A stretch of 64,000 bases of DNA from NCBI GenBank assembly GCA_964016885.1, contig OZ024757.1:37262001-37326000 (forward strand). The letters run 5' to 3'. Every line of letters starts with the position of its first letter. Within the stretch, counting starts at the first letter, position 1. The position numbers and the translations under genes were made by a program. The notes beneath the pieces are model-generated. The model was not told the origin of the DNA and did no database searches. It was given only the letters and a program-made list of their open reading frames with translations. Below, piece by piece: positions 28,092 to 41,600 of the stretch. This stretch comes from Eledone cirrhosa (lineage: Eukaryota).

Positions 28092-31000
28092 TTCATCAGG
28101 TAATTCCCTTCTTCTTCTTCTTAACCCCCTTGAAACAAACCATTTTATCACCTATGTTAATTCAGTTTCAATTGAAAAATGCCTTATTTAAATGAAAGAA
28201 AATATTAAAAAAAATAAAAAAAAAAACAAAATAAATATACTTCTTTTTGTATTTATTTATTTATTTTATTTATTTTATTAATTTTTGCTAGTAGTGTCAT
28301 CTTTTAAGTTTATGGTGACTCTGAATGATAAAGTATGAAATTGCGTCCTTTTAAAGGAACTTGTCTTTTTTTTTCCCCATTTTAAGTTTTCTTTTTCAAC
28401 TTGCATTTGCAATTACATCAACATTTATGAGAGTGTATGTATATATATTTTACGTGTATGTATGTCTAAAAGTATATATATATCATATATAGTGTGTATG
28501 TTTGTGTATATAAATATATATACAAGGTATGTGTGTGTATATGATGGTATTTGTATATGTATATGTGTGTGTGTATATGTATATGAATATATGTATGTAA
28601 ACATGTGTATGTGTGTGTGTGTATGTATATATATATGAATTCAAAATATGGAGCGTACAGGACAGAGACAATAGAAAAAACAACAGAAAGACGGACAGTC
28701 CCATCTCAGCCAACCTCTGGAAATCATTATGGTTTTGGTAAATTAAAGCTGATACCAATCATCCCAGTACACATTGGGACATAACAAAACAGTATATTTA
28801 TACGTGTATATATATATTTATATATATATATATAAACATGTATATATATATATATATATATATGTGTGTATATATACATATATGTATGTATGTGTGTGTG
28901 AATGTTGAACTTTAAAGGAGATGATAATGGAATGCAACATGTGGCAAGATGTTTTGGAGAAAACCCCTCCAGCCCTTGGAAGAGAGGAAGAAAAATAGGC
29001 ATAATAATGACTATATATATATATACATATTTAATTTTACATACAAATATATGTCTCTATGTGAATATATATTTATGTATGCTTGTGGTTTTGTGTATAT
29101 ATGTATATAAAGCTTCTGTGTGTTTAAGTACATATATATATATATATTATAATATTGTAAAGAGTCGCGACCTAACGGCTGAGCTCTTGCCGTTTCAACA
29201 GCTAGTTCCATATTTATATATATGTATATATATATATATGTCTGTGTGTACATCTCATACTATATTTGCTTCTAACTACAAACATTTAGTATTTGCTTAT
29301 ATATTTACAAAAATCTTTAAGCCAAAACCTTTTTTTTTGTCTTTCTTTAAACAATTAAAAAGAACATTTTTATACATATTTTCTTATATATTTTTTTTCT
29401 TAAAAATTTTTCTCTGAATTTCTCAAAAAAAACCCCATTTAATTTACTACTACTACTACTACTACTACTACTATCATCCATACCACTACTACTCTACTGC
29501 TGCTGTTACTACTACTACTACTATCCATACTGCCACCACTACTACTACTTCTACTACTACTATTATCCATACCACCACCACTACTGCTACTACTACTTCT
29601 ACTACTACTACTGCTATCATCCATAGCATTACTACTATTACTACTACAACTACTACTATTACTACTACTACTACCATTATTGATTTTCTTGGCTGAAACA
29701 ATCAGAACATTTAAATTTTACTTCACAAACTTGTATCAGTTCTGTATGAGCAAGACAGGGTCACCTGACTTGGCATTGCTCACAACAGGATAACTCGTCT
29801 AACCCATGCTAACATGGAAAAAGGACGTTAAATGGTGCTGATGATGTTGTATCTTTTCTATCATATGTTTACAGTCTTTTCTTAACATAAACTTTCATAT
29901 TATTTTAGCAAAAATATGGCGGTGGATTGGCAGTATCGGTAGAGGGTCGGACGACATGCTTTAATGCATAGAGTTACGGCCCTTTCCATTCTGAGTTCAA
30001 ATCCCGCTGAGGTTAACTTTGCCTTTCATCCTTACGGGGTCGATAACATAAAGCACCAGTAATGCACTGGGGTCAATTTAATCGACTTTTCCCCTCCCCC
30101 AAAATTGCTGGCCTTGTGCCTAAATCAGAAACCATTATTTGTATATTCTTTATCCTTTTAAACCTGATACCAAACTGTGTGAAACCACCTATGGTTCTAT
30201 GATAAAATGCTGCTCATTTTAAAGTGTTCATATTAAACAAGTTTAAACCTTCCGTTGAATTGGAAGAACACTCATGTATGTAAGTAAATTTTGTTATGTT
30301 CCAAACACCAACTTAACCCTTTAGCATGTACATTACTCTATATTTACTATTGTATTTTCACATAATATCTAATCTATGAGATTTTGATATTATTTATTTT
30401 GAGAACAATACCTTAACATACGTATGAGTGACCAGTTATAACCGGTTTGAACAGAAAGAGGTGAGAAAATTCTAAATTCTAGCTGGATATGGCCGGTTTA
30501 AAGAGATGAGAGAATTCTGGCCAGATACAGATGGTTTGAACAGAAAGAGGTGAGAGAAATCTGGCTGGATTTGACCAGTTTAATTGCTAAAGGGTTAAAG
30601 TGTCCATATTAAACAACTTTAAACCTTCCATCGGAATGGAAGAATGTTGATATATGTAAGTAAATGTTATGTTCCAAACACCAGCTAAATAATGAAAAAA
30701 TGGAAAAAAAAAAGAAAAGTTTGTTATATTACTAAATACCTATAAAGTCTTGATTATTTTATTTGCCAAAAAAATTATTTTGAAAATGATAGGCAGTGTT
30801 TTTTTAGTGATATGGTATGAAAAAAACATTAAGTATTACATGTGACTCTCTCTCTCCATATCTCTCTCTCTCATACATTCTCTCTCTCTCTCTCTCTCAT
30901 ACATTCTCTCTCTCTTTTTCAATTATTCTCTCTCTCTCCCTCTCACTTTATCTCTCTCTACATACGTATATATATATCACTCTATCTCTCTCAAAAGGTA

Positions 31001-31116
31001 AGTTATTATACGTTGAGTTGAAATTTGTACATTTTTACTTTGTGAATTCTTTAGAATATTAAAATAATAATTACTATTGTCCCATTCATCTGGTGTCCTT
31101 GTGGCAAATAAATTAA

Positions 31117-31900
31117 ATCATTATTATTATTATCATTATTATTATTATCATTATTTCCATTATTATTTTTATTGCGCATCATTACTACTTTATTGAGCAC
31201 AGCTCTGTGTGCCTTGGGTATGTGCAGTGTAGGTTTTGCTGATGTTTCTATTGTATTGATAGTACTCTTCGTAATATGTGTGCAGTACCTAGTAGTGCTA
31301 TCTTTTGTATGCTGTATATATTTGTAAGCCCTGGGGTTTGGCTATGTATTTGTCTTTTTTTATTATCATTCCTAGAGCACCTTTTATTATAGGTATTGTT
31401 TCTGTTTTCATTTTCCACAGTTGAGTTATTTCTATCTCTAGATCTTTATATTTGGATAGTTTTTCTATTTCCTTGGAAGATATATTGTCGTCTGTGGGGA
31501 TAGATACATCTATTAGAAGGCATTTGTTTTCTTTGTGGGCTTTGACTATAATATCTGGTCTATTGGCTTTGATGTCTCTGTATGTATGTATTGGCATATC
31601 CCAGAGAGTGATTGCTTTGTCATTCTCTTACACTTCTTCTGGTGTGTGTTTGTACCATCTTTTTTCTGTTGGTATTTCATAATGCTGGCATAACTTCCAG
31701 TGTATGAAGGTCCCAACCCTATCATGCCTGTGGATATATTCCTTTTTGGCTAGAGCTGAGCATCCAGAAACATTGTGGTTGATTGTTTCTTCCCTGTCTT
31801 TACATATTCTACAATTACTGATTGTGCTTTGTTTCATTATGTACTTCTGGTAGGTAGGTTTTGGTATTGTACTGTAATTAGAAATCCTTGTACTGGATTT
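31117..31900 (-). mobile_element. Dong/R4-type non-LTR retrotransposon 3' fragment (CCHC finger plus restriction-like endonuclease), decayed
   Basis: CRIC...ETINH..SGC, RHD, WD, RPDI...IDVSIP; internal stop; (TAA)n at the 3' end. Confidence 0.82.
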
Positions 31901-31922
31901 GTTTTTAGTGTTGGACAAAATG

Positions 31923-31963
<41 letters not shown>

Positions 31964-32304
31964 ATGATATTAAATAAATGGAAACTATATTTATAAAACC
32001 ATATTTATTTTATTATGTAGGGTACAAAAACTTTGGTACGCTTTCATCAGATAAAAAAAAAAATATATATATATATATATATAACGAAGGAGGTGTGGTA
32101 AGGAACCAGATGGACCATAACGCACCAGAGTACTCAATACACATATATATATTTTTTAAAGTTAAGACAGTAAACAGAAAACAAAAAAATGTGGAAGCGA
32201 AGAGGCAGTACAAATGTTAATATTAGCCAAATTTTTAGCTTTTAAGCGTTGGAAAAAAAAAAACTATATGTATATACAATAATAATAATATATATATATT
32301 ATTA

Positions 32305-32336
<32 letters not shown>

Positions 32337-32514
32337 CCAGTGCTTAAAAGCTGAAAATTTGGCTTTGTACATTGTGTATCTGAGCTTTTCACGCAACCAT
32401 CATATATCTTTTCACTGCAGTGATGGAAGAAAGAAAGTTTAAGATATCAGAGAGTCCAAATATAAAAAAGATACAAGGAAAATAGACACAACTTTGAAAG
32501 TATTTTAAGGAAAA

Positions 32515-32520
32515 TTTATT
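32515..32520 (-). terminator. Candidate polyadenylation signal of C3-like gene
   Basis: AATAAA on the minus strand about 600 nt after the stop, beyond a MITE. Confidence 0.4.
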
Positions 32521-32712
32521 GAAAGAATATGATTAAAATAGCTATTAGTTTTTGATACACTACTTGTTGTATATACATGAAAATTGGAACCAGGTTTTGG
32601 AAGTATATTTACCATATTTTTTTGTTCTTTACATAGAATCAAACATGTCCTTTTTAGATGTTTTCTCACAAGTCACTTTTATCTTTTTAGTTCAGTTTTT
32701 TTATGGAGGTGT

Positions 32713-33103
32713 TTAACCCTTTAGCATTTAAACTGGTCATATCTGGCCAGACTTCTCTCACCTCTCTCTGTTCAAACTGGCTGTAACTGGCCACTCATAA
32801 TGATAAAGGGTTATGGTATTGTTCTCAAAATAAATAATATCAAAATCTCATAGATTCAATATTATGTGAGATAATTGTGTGAGGTAAAGCATTTACCATG
32901 AAAATATACTAGTAAATAGAGAGTAATGTAAATGTTATGTGAGATATTAAGTGAGGTAAAGCCTTTACCATGAAAATATAATAGTAAATCTAGAGTAATG
33001 TAAATGTTATGTGAGATATTATGTGAGAAAATTATGTGAGGTAAATCCTTTACCGTGAAAATGTAATAGTAAATATAGAATAATGTAAATGCTAAAGGTT
33101 TAA
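32713..33103. mobile_element. piggyBac-type MITE with internal tandem expansion, directly after the C3-like stop codon
   Basis: TTAACCCTTTAGC start, GCTAAAGGTTTAA end, repeated internal unit. Confidence 0.85.
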
Positions 33104-33115
33104 AGCTCAAATAGA

Positions 33116-33251
33116 TTATCTTCCATAAGTCTTACACAAATTATGCCTTGTAATGCTTCTGGTTTTAGTTTCAAAAGCTGAAATTATTTTCTTTGAGTCT
33201 TCATTATTTTGTTCTACAATGAAACCAGTCTTGTCGAGCCAAAATTTATTC
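33116..33251 (-). CDS. C3: C3-like last coding exon ([13 protein letters not shown]...HNLCKTYGR*)
   Basis: cag acceptor, terminal Cys of C345C, TAA stop. Confidence 0.9.
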
Positions 33252-33301
33252 CTGAAAATAGAATAGAAAAGAAAATGTGAAATGTCTATAACAGTGTGTG
33301 A

Positions 33302-33350
<49 letters not shown>

Positions 33351-35515
33351 TCTCTATATATATATGTACGTCTGTTTGTATGTGTGTATATATATGTAGA
33401 TATATATATGTATGTCTATGTTTATATGTGTGTATATATATATGTATATATATGTGTGTATATTGAGTACTTACACTTGTTTATTGTATCTAACATATTT
33501 GTTAGACATAACCAGATATGTGTGTCCCCTCTTCAGATATGGGCAATGGCAGATCCCTCGCTGGAAGATGGTCTCCCTGTGATCGAGGTTCTCTAAGTAA
33601 CCTGTAACAAAAGAATGGAGGACAACTGGGGATATTAGAGTATGTATTGAGTACAGCTCAGAGTGTTAGAGTAACTATTGAGTACACTTCAGGGTATTAG
33701 AGTAGGTATTGAGTACATCTCACGGTATTAGAGTAGGTATTGAGTACAGCTCAGGGTATTAGAGTAGTTATTGAGTATAGCTCAGGGTATTAGAGTAGGT
33801 ATTGAGTACACTTCAGGGTATTAGAGTAGGTAAAGGAGGTATTTCAAAATCCCAAATCCAGGGCATTCTCCTGTTGGAGGAAACCCTTCCCGATTGACCT
33901 CTGCCATTTCCTGTCTCTGGCCATATCGGCTATTTTACTTTTTATTTAACCCTTTAGCATTTACATTACTCTATATTTGCTGTTGTATTTTCATGGTAAA
34001 GGCTTTACGTCACATAATTATCTTATATAATATTGAATCTGTGAGATTTTGATATTATTTATTTTGAGAACGCTACCTTAACATCAGTATGGGCTGGTTA
34101 TAGCCAATTTGAGCAGAAAGAGGTGAAAGAATTCTGGCTAGATATGGCCAGTTTAAATGCTAAAGGGTTAAATGATCAAGCTGAGTTTCAAGTAAAAGAA
34201 CTCCATATTGTGTCTTCTTACCTGCCAAGAGTGATTCAACTTTGCCACGTGCTATTCCTTCATTATCAAATGGTTGGGTGACATTAACCACCATTACTGC
34301 ATTGAAGAGAAGATTTAAGAACATAAGAAGTGTTGAAAATATTACTGAAATATAGGAAGCAAAATTTGATCCCTCCTTCTCCCGTTCCATCCACTGTGTC
34401 GATGACACAACAGTCCACACTGTAAGGTGGTCATGTAGGAGACACGGTGAAAAGGCTCCCAGTCCACACTGTAAATGAGGTTGGTGTTAGGAAGAGCATC
34501 CAGCTGTAAAAAAAACCTGACAGAGAGGCTTCCATATGAGCGAGACATGGTCTTCCGACCATTTCCGCATCAAATGGACAAAACCGTCTAACCCATGCTA
34601 GCGTGGAAGATGGACGTTAAACGATGATGATGATATCAACAGTTGATCGACAAGATCCCAGACCTCATTCACCTAATGAGTGGGATGGAGCTCGTCAAAT
34701 TGAACCGAGGAAACAATGTTTCCATTGGTCTTTCCATCTGCTAATACTATCTACCAGTCGCCAATCCAGGTAGGAGGAGGAATGTGAAATAAAGTGTCTT
34801 GCTGAAGGACATAATGCATTGCCCACTCAGTCACGATCCTTCATTAATATACAGTGAAACTTTGGTTTGTGAACTTAACTAATTCCTGAAGGCCATTTGT
34901 CACCCGAAATGTTCGTAATTCAAAACTATTTTTCCCAATTGAAATGTTGAGAGAGAGATAGAGAGAGAGAAACTATGTGTGAAAGACAGATAGATATCAT
35001 CATAGTAACTAACTACACAGCAATTGATGCTTTCCCGCCAATACTCCAAGCTTTTACATTACTCTATATACACTATTGTATTTCCACGGTAAAGGCTTTA
35101 TCTCACATAATATTGAATCTATGAGATTTTGATGTTATTTATTTTGAGAACAATACCTTAACATCAGTATGAGTGGCGAGTTATGACCAGTTTGAACAGA
35201 AAGAGGTGAGAGAAATCTGGTTGGATATGACCAGTAAATACTAAAGGATTAATAACCAAAACTGGTAAAAGAATAATAGAAAATAAATGTGAAATATTTA
35301 CCAATTTGGTCCTTAATACAAGCTTTCTTCTCCAGTAGATTTATATTGATACTCATCAGCTGACCCTTGTCTTCATAACAAGTGACACACTCTCCTGTGG
35401 TGGGGGAAACAATCACATCTCTACCATGAACATTCTTAATGTTGGTTTAGTATATATATATATTTGGTGTTAGATGCTTAAAGCGTCCGTATGCGGTAGG
35501 CCGTTCGAGCACTCA

Positions 35516-35558
<43 letters not shown>

Positions 35559-38007
35559 TATATATATAGTTATATAGTTATATAATAAACAACATAAGAT
35601 AATTAAATTAAGATAATTAAATTAATTAGTTATTACATAACTATTAAGCTCTGTAACCTACATAGAGCACTCTTTTTTCCTGGACCTTTCCGACGGAATT
35701 ACTTCATTTATATATATATATATATATATACACATGTGTGTGTTAGGTAATTCCGAAGGAAAAGCAAAGGAAAAAAGAGTGCTCTATGTATAGAACAGAG
35801 CTATTTAATTAGAAAGTGAACAACACAAAATATAACTACTTCATTACCAAAGGTTTCTGGATCACAGACGATAATAATATACGTCTGGATCTGTCATCAG
35901 ACAGAGATGGTATCATGATAACATCTCTATATTTTTTGTTGTTCACTTTTTAATATATATATATATATATATTTATTAAAATTTAAGCAAAGAATCGCTG
36001 CTTTCACCCTTAACGGGATCTTCTATTTATGGTTCTTATTTATTTGATATATATTATCCTTATCAAACCCTCTTTGGATTTTAGTCTTCACATTTATTAT
36101 TATTACTATATATATATACCCTTGGGTCCAAAATATGGGGGTTGGGTTGGACATTTGCTTAAATTCTTAACAGTAACAACAGCAACAGTAACAACACCAG
36201 TAGCAAAAAGAACAGCAACAACTGAAAACAAAACAAGAACCTTACAAATGGATGCGATGTTGTAAGTTTGAACGAAGTAAATAAACTTACTCTGGGTACA
36301 CTTGCAGACAGCTCTTTCTGCATCACACAGGAGGTTGACCAATTCCTTCTTTGTGGACAGTTGGTAGAATTTAGTGCAACTCACACCTGGCAGAAAATAA
36401 TAATAATATGAACAAAAACAGAAAACATTTTAAAAGAATTCATCCTGATCGAGCCCATCCTCTCTCCAGGTCTGAACACTGTCAATTTCTTCCAAACAAC
36501 AACCACTAGCATAAAAAAAGGTGAACAATAAACGAAGCAAAGAATGGTAAAAAGACATGCTCACTTTCTTTATAATAGGCATAGACATGGATAGGTGCTG
36601 GCATCAAATGGTTGTAGATGGTTGTTTTACGGTAGAGCAGCAGGTTGATTTTCAGGTCTTTATAGTAAGGTACCTAAGATAAAATAGTTAATACATAAGT
36701 CCCATATCATCATCATTATAATTGTTTCTACTTTTGTGCATTACTGGTACTTTATTTTATCGACCCCGTAAAGATGAAAGGCAAAGTTAACCTTGGCGGG
36801 ATTTGAACTCGGAATGGAAAGGGCTGTAACTCTATGCGTCAAAGCATGGCGTCCGACCCTCTACTGATACTGCCAATCCACCGCCATCATCATGATAATA
36901 ATAACTTTTATCATTAAAAATAGAATACACTTGTTAAAAAGTCTAGCAAAATATTTACCGTATTGAAATATAGGGTGAGACGGGAGTTTTCATGTTTGTA
37001 ATATTTCTCAATCACTCTGTCTTTGATTAGCTGTTGATTTAAAAAGAAAATAATTTATACATATATATATATATATATTTAATTAGAAAGTGAACAACAC
37101 AAAATATAACTACTCCATTACCAAAGGTTTCAGGATCACAGATGATAATAATATATATGTCTGGATCGTTCCTTTGGAATTACGTAAAACATATATATAT
37201 ATATATATATATAACATTAAATCAAAAGTCAAATGACATATATATAAAATAAACATCAAACAATTACAGGGGATAATTTGTAAAGAGTGTAAACACACAT
37301 AGTTATGGAGGTAAGATATTAAAAATTAACCTTGCAACAATGATTAATCTCCTTTGTATATATTCCATTGAAGAAATATATTTCACCATTATTATTATTA
37401 TTATTTAGTCAAACATAAAGAAAAAGAAAGTACCATTGCAAAAAAGGAAAAACTGGGAGAGGGAGAAGGATTATTAACCCTTTAGCATTTAAACCAGCTG
37501 TATCTGGCCAGAATACTCTCACCTCTTTCTATTCAAACCGGCTGTTTGAACCAGCCACTCAAACAAGACCATTTTACTGTGTGGACTGGGCACTTTTTGT
37601 TGAGTCACCAACACGACCACTTCACAGTGTGGACTGGGCACTTTTTGTTGAGTCACCAACACAACCACTTCACAGTGTGGACTGGGCACTTTTTGTTGAG
37701 TCACCAACATGATATCTTGACAGAGTGGACAGGACAGCTTTTGTTGAGTCACCAACACAACCACTTTGAGCTGGGAGATTTTTGTCGTGACACCAACTTT
37801 ACTGATATAAGATGAAAATATTGTGAAGTTACCTGCTTCAGAAGTTCCTCAGGTGTGTTGTATCCAGTCAGTAAATCCATATTAACCACTACCATACCTG
37901 GATCAGTTCTACCGAGATACCTGAGAAAATATACCAGTTTTACTATATTTACACTTGAATGTGTCTGTGTGTATGCTTGTGAATGTGTACCAGTGTGTAT
38001 GTATCTA

Positions 38008-38069
<62 letters not shown>

Positions 38070-38578
38070 GAGAGAGAGATCAATAGATATATAGATAGAT
38101 AGATCAATATATATATATATAGATAGATAGATAGATCAACAGATAGATCGATAGATAGATTGATATATAGATAGAAAGAGAGATAGGCAGACAGGTGTTA
38201 TAAAATATGTGTTGAAGTTAGTTCTCACCTGAGGTATATTGTCATACAGATGGAGTAATCTTGTATGGACCAGCTTTTTAATATGGGTCCACGTACGCCA
38301 TCACATGACTGTCCACACAGGGGACATCTGAAAGTAAGGGTCACAATAATAGCTATGAGAAAATTACATATATAAATATCTGTGAGTGTGTGTTGTAATT
38401 ATAAATGATATATATAAATAATTATAAATGATATATATATATAGATAATATAAATAATTATAAATGATATATATATATTATATATATATTATATATAATA
38501 TATATAAATGAAGTAATTCCGTCGGAAAAGTCCAGGAAAAAAGAGTGCTCTATGTAGGTAACAGAGCTTAATAGTTAA

Positions 38579-38623
<45 letters not shown>

Positions 38624-41600
38624 CGTTTTAGTCCAGCCTGATTATCTCCCTTCCACCAGAGACGACTTTAATTATAAACACACTTGTAGGTTTTCTAATT
38701 CTTTTTCTTCTTCCAAGTGAGAAGATATATAGAAGTTTATTTCGATAGAATACATAAATATATATATATATACACAATTTAATAGATGAGTAAGAAGTTA
38801 AACACACAGACAGAACACATAACATATCTAGCTAGCATTTAAAACAATTTATTTTGTGTCGTCTGCATATAATTTTAATCTTAAATATGGCTTTTATATA
38901 TCGATATATATCGATACAAAACTAGAAACCTTCATAATTAGCAAGGATAGTCGAGTTATTTGTCAGGATCGAACAGACAGGGCAAAATATGGACTACTGC
39001 ACTACACATACAAAAGAAAACGAAACTAAATATTATAAAGTATTTATTTAGTCCGGCGCTTTTTGACTCTCCAACAGGTACGTCTACGTCTGTGTATATA
39101 TATTTATATATTCTCTTTTTAGCAGCTATAATCTTTACTATTTTCCTTTCAGTTATAGTATTTTGTTATGGTACTTTCTTTTTCTTTATGTTTGACTAAA
39201 TATTAAATTCTTTATTATTTCTATGTAATTTTATCCTAGCAAGAATGTGTTGAATATAGTTTTATTACAGTTGTAGAAATTTACAGTAGAATAACATTAC
39301 AAATATGTTTTAAATATATACATAAATAACATTACACATGCTTAAATAACATTATAAATTGCTCGCAATTCGTTCAGAAGGACATTACTGATATAATGTC
39401 TAAACTGTGTATAATAATATAAATTCTTTGAACAAAGATGATAAAGGAAAGAAATAAGGGGGTGGGTAATTGATCACCAGGTGTGATAATCGGCAACGCC
39501 TCACACCTTGGCGGTTAACTGTACACTTTCAGGCAAGCTAACACGCTCGCAGCATTACCACGGGTGATGGCAAGGCTAAAGCGCTGAAATAACCAGGTAC
39601 CCTCACGGGCATTACCTGACACCCCAGGAAGGCGAGGTGATGGCGAGGCTAAAGCGCTGAAATAACCAGGTACCCTCATGGGCATCACCTGACACCTCAG
39701 TAAGGTGAGGTGATGGAGAGACTAAGGCGCTGAAATAACCAGGTACCCTCACGGGCATCACCTGACACCTCAGTAAGATGAACCACCAGTGTTTTGTGTT
39801 TATAATTTTAGCCTCAATAATATAAAAACCATTGAAGTAGTATAAAAATATAGTAATATAAGGCTTACAGAACAAACACATAATATATACGAATATAAAC
39901 ACATAAAAGAGATTTTAAAAATGGGGGAGAGTAATCCCCCCCCCCCCCCCCCCCCCCCCCCAGTGCGACAATCGGCCATACATCACATCTTAGGGATGTT
40001 TTCAATTTTTAATGTTGATACCTGGAGTAATTTGGTCGGAGGGGAACTACAATGGAATCGACCAAGATATTCAGCTGATTCTTAAGATTCTTTATTTTAT
40101 GGAACCCAGTTAAGAAAAAGAAAAAAAAAAAAAAATATATATATATAGGAACGAGTAGGACCCCGACGGCTGAGCTCAAGCCGTTTCGACGGCTAATTCT
40201 GGACGCATGAGTCCAGAATTAGCCGTCGAAACGGCTTGAGCTCAGCCGTCGGGGTCCTACTCGTTCCTATTACCCACTCTTCTACCCTAAGTATTGAGTA
40301 CTTTGGTGCGTTATGGTCCACCTGGTTCCTTACCACATTTCCTTCGTTATATATATATATATATTAGGTGGATTGGAAGTAACAGTAGAGGGTCGGACGC
40401 CATGCTTTCTAGCATAGTTACGTCCCTTGCCATTCTGACTTCAAATCCCGCCGAGGTTAACTTTGCCTTTCATCCTTATGGGGTTGATAAAATAAAGTAC
40501 CAGTAATGTACTGGTTATTTGCTGGCCTTGTGCCTAAAGTAGAAACAATTAATATTATTAGGTGTGAAGGCGCCTGGCTTAGTGGTTAGAGCCTGGCTTA
40601 GTGGTCTTGCAATCGAAAGGTTGTGAGTTCGATTCTCGGACCGCTTGATGCGTTGTGGCCTTGAACAAGATACTTTATTTCAGTTTGCTTAGCTGTTGAA
40701 ATGCGTTACGACGTCACTGGTGCCAAGCTGTATCAGCCATAACTTTTTCCTTGGACATCATCGGTGGCGGGGAGAGGCTGGTATGCATGGGTGTCTGATG
40801 GTCTTCCACAACCTTGCGGAGCGAAACCTTTTAGCAGCAAATCCCAATCTATTAAGGCCGGACTTTATCTCTATCGTTCGTTAAAAATTCCATTTTTTCT
40901 CATTTAAATATTTCTCCAAGGGAGCTAACCTAAAAAAACTAATTTCAGGGGAAATAAACGTGCCATTCTTATTTTTTAGTGCAGGACGAGTTGATTTTCT
41001 TGTTTGACTTTCTAGAAATAAATAGTAACTAAATCTTTCTTATGCCGTAATCATCATCTATAATAATAGCCAATGTGTATTTGTCCGTTACGCACTAGAG
41101 ATGACCGAGGAAGGAAGGGGTGATGACGTCACGCATTAGAGATGACTGAGGAAGGAAGGAGTGATGACGTCACGCACTAGAAAGGACTGAGGAAGGAAGG
41201 GGTGATGATAAACTACAGAAAACAGCGTCTAACATTCGTAACACCCGTGTGCGTATAGTGTAGAGAATTGTCTACACACATTGGCTGTTATGATTATGTG
41301 TGTGTGTATGTGTGTGTTTGTGTAAATTATATTTAAATATAATATTTGTGTGAGTGGAAACAAATAGGAACTCAAGTCCCTCCATTTAGTTACTTCTAAT
41401 TCACTCGTCCTTTCCCGAGGATGAAGCAGGGGCAATGTGATATCAATCTCAATACACAAGGGCTGGGGTTAAACAACAACATCAATAAAGATATTAAGGG
41501 GTATTCACCCATATTTAATCCGTCTCCTGATGTCTCTGTTAAGGTTTTTGATAACATAGCTGATATTGAAATGACAGGTATGTAGAATGGAAGAAGGGCG

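Noticed and set aside
39936-39961. Long poly-C run as a G-quadruplex element
   Set aside because: Homopolymer of uncertain length with no evidence of function
41229-41462. LCIEIDIT frame as an additional C3 exon
   Set aside because: Would need a 46-nt intron and a phase mismatch; 41509 splices cleanly to 38327
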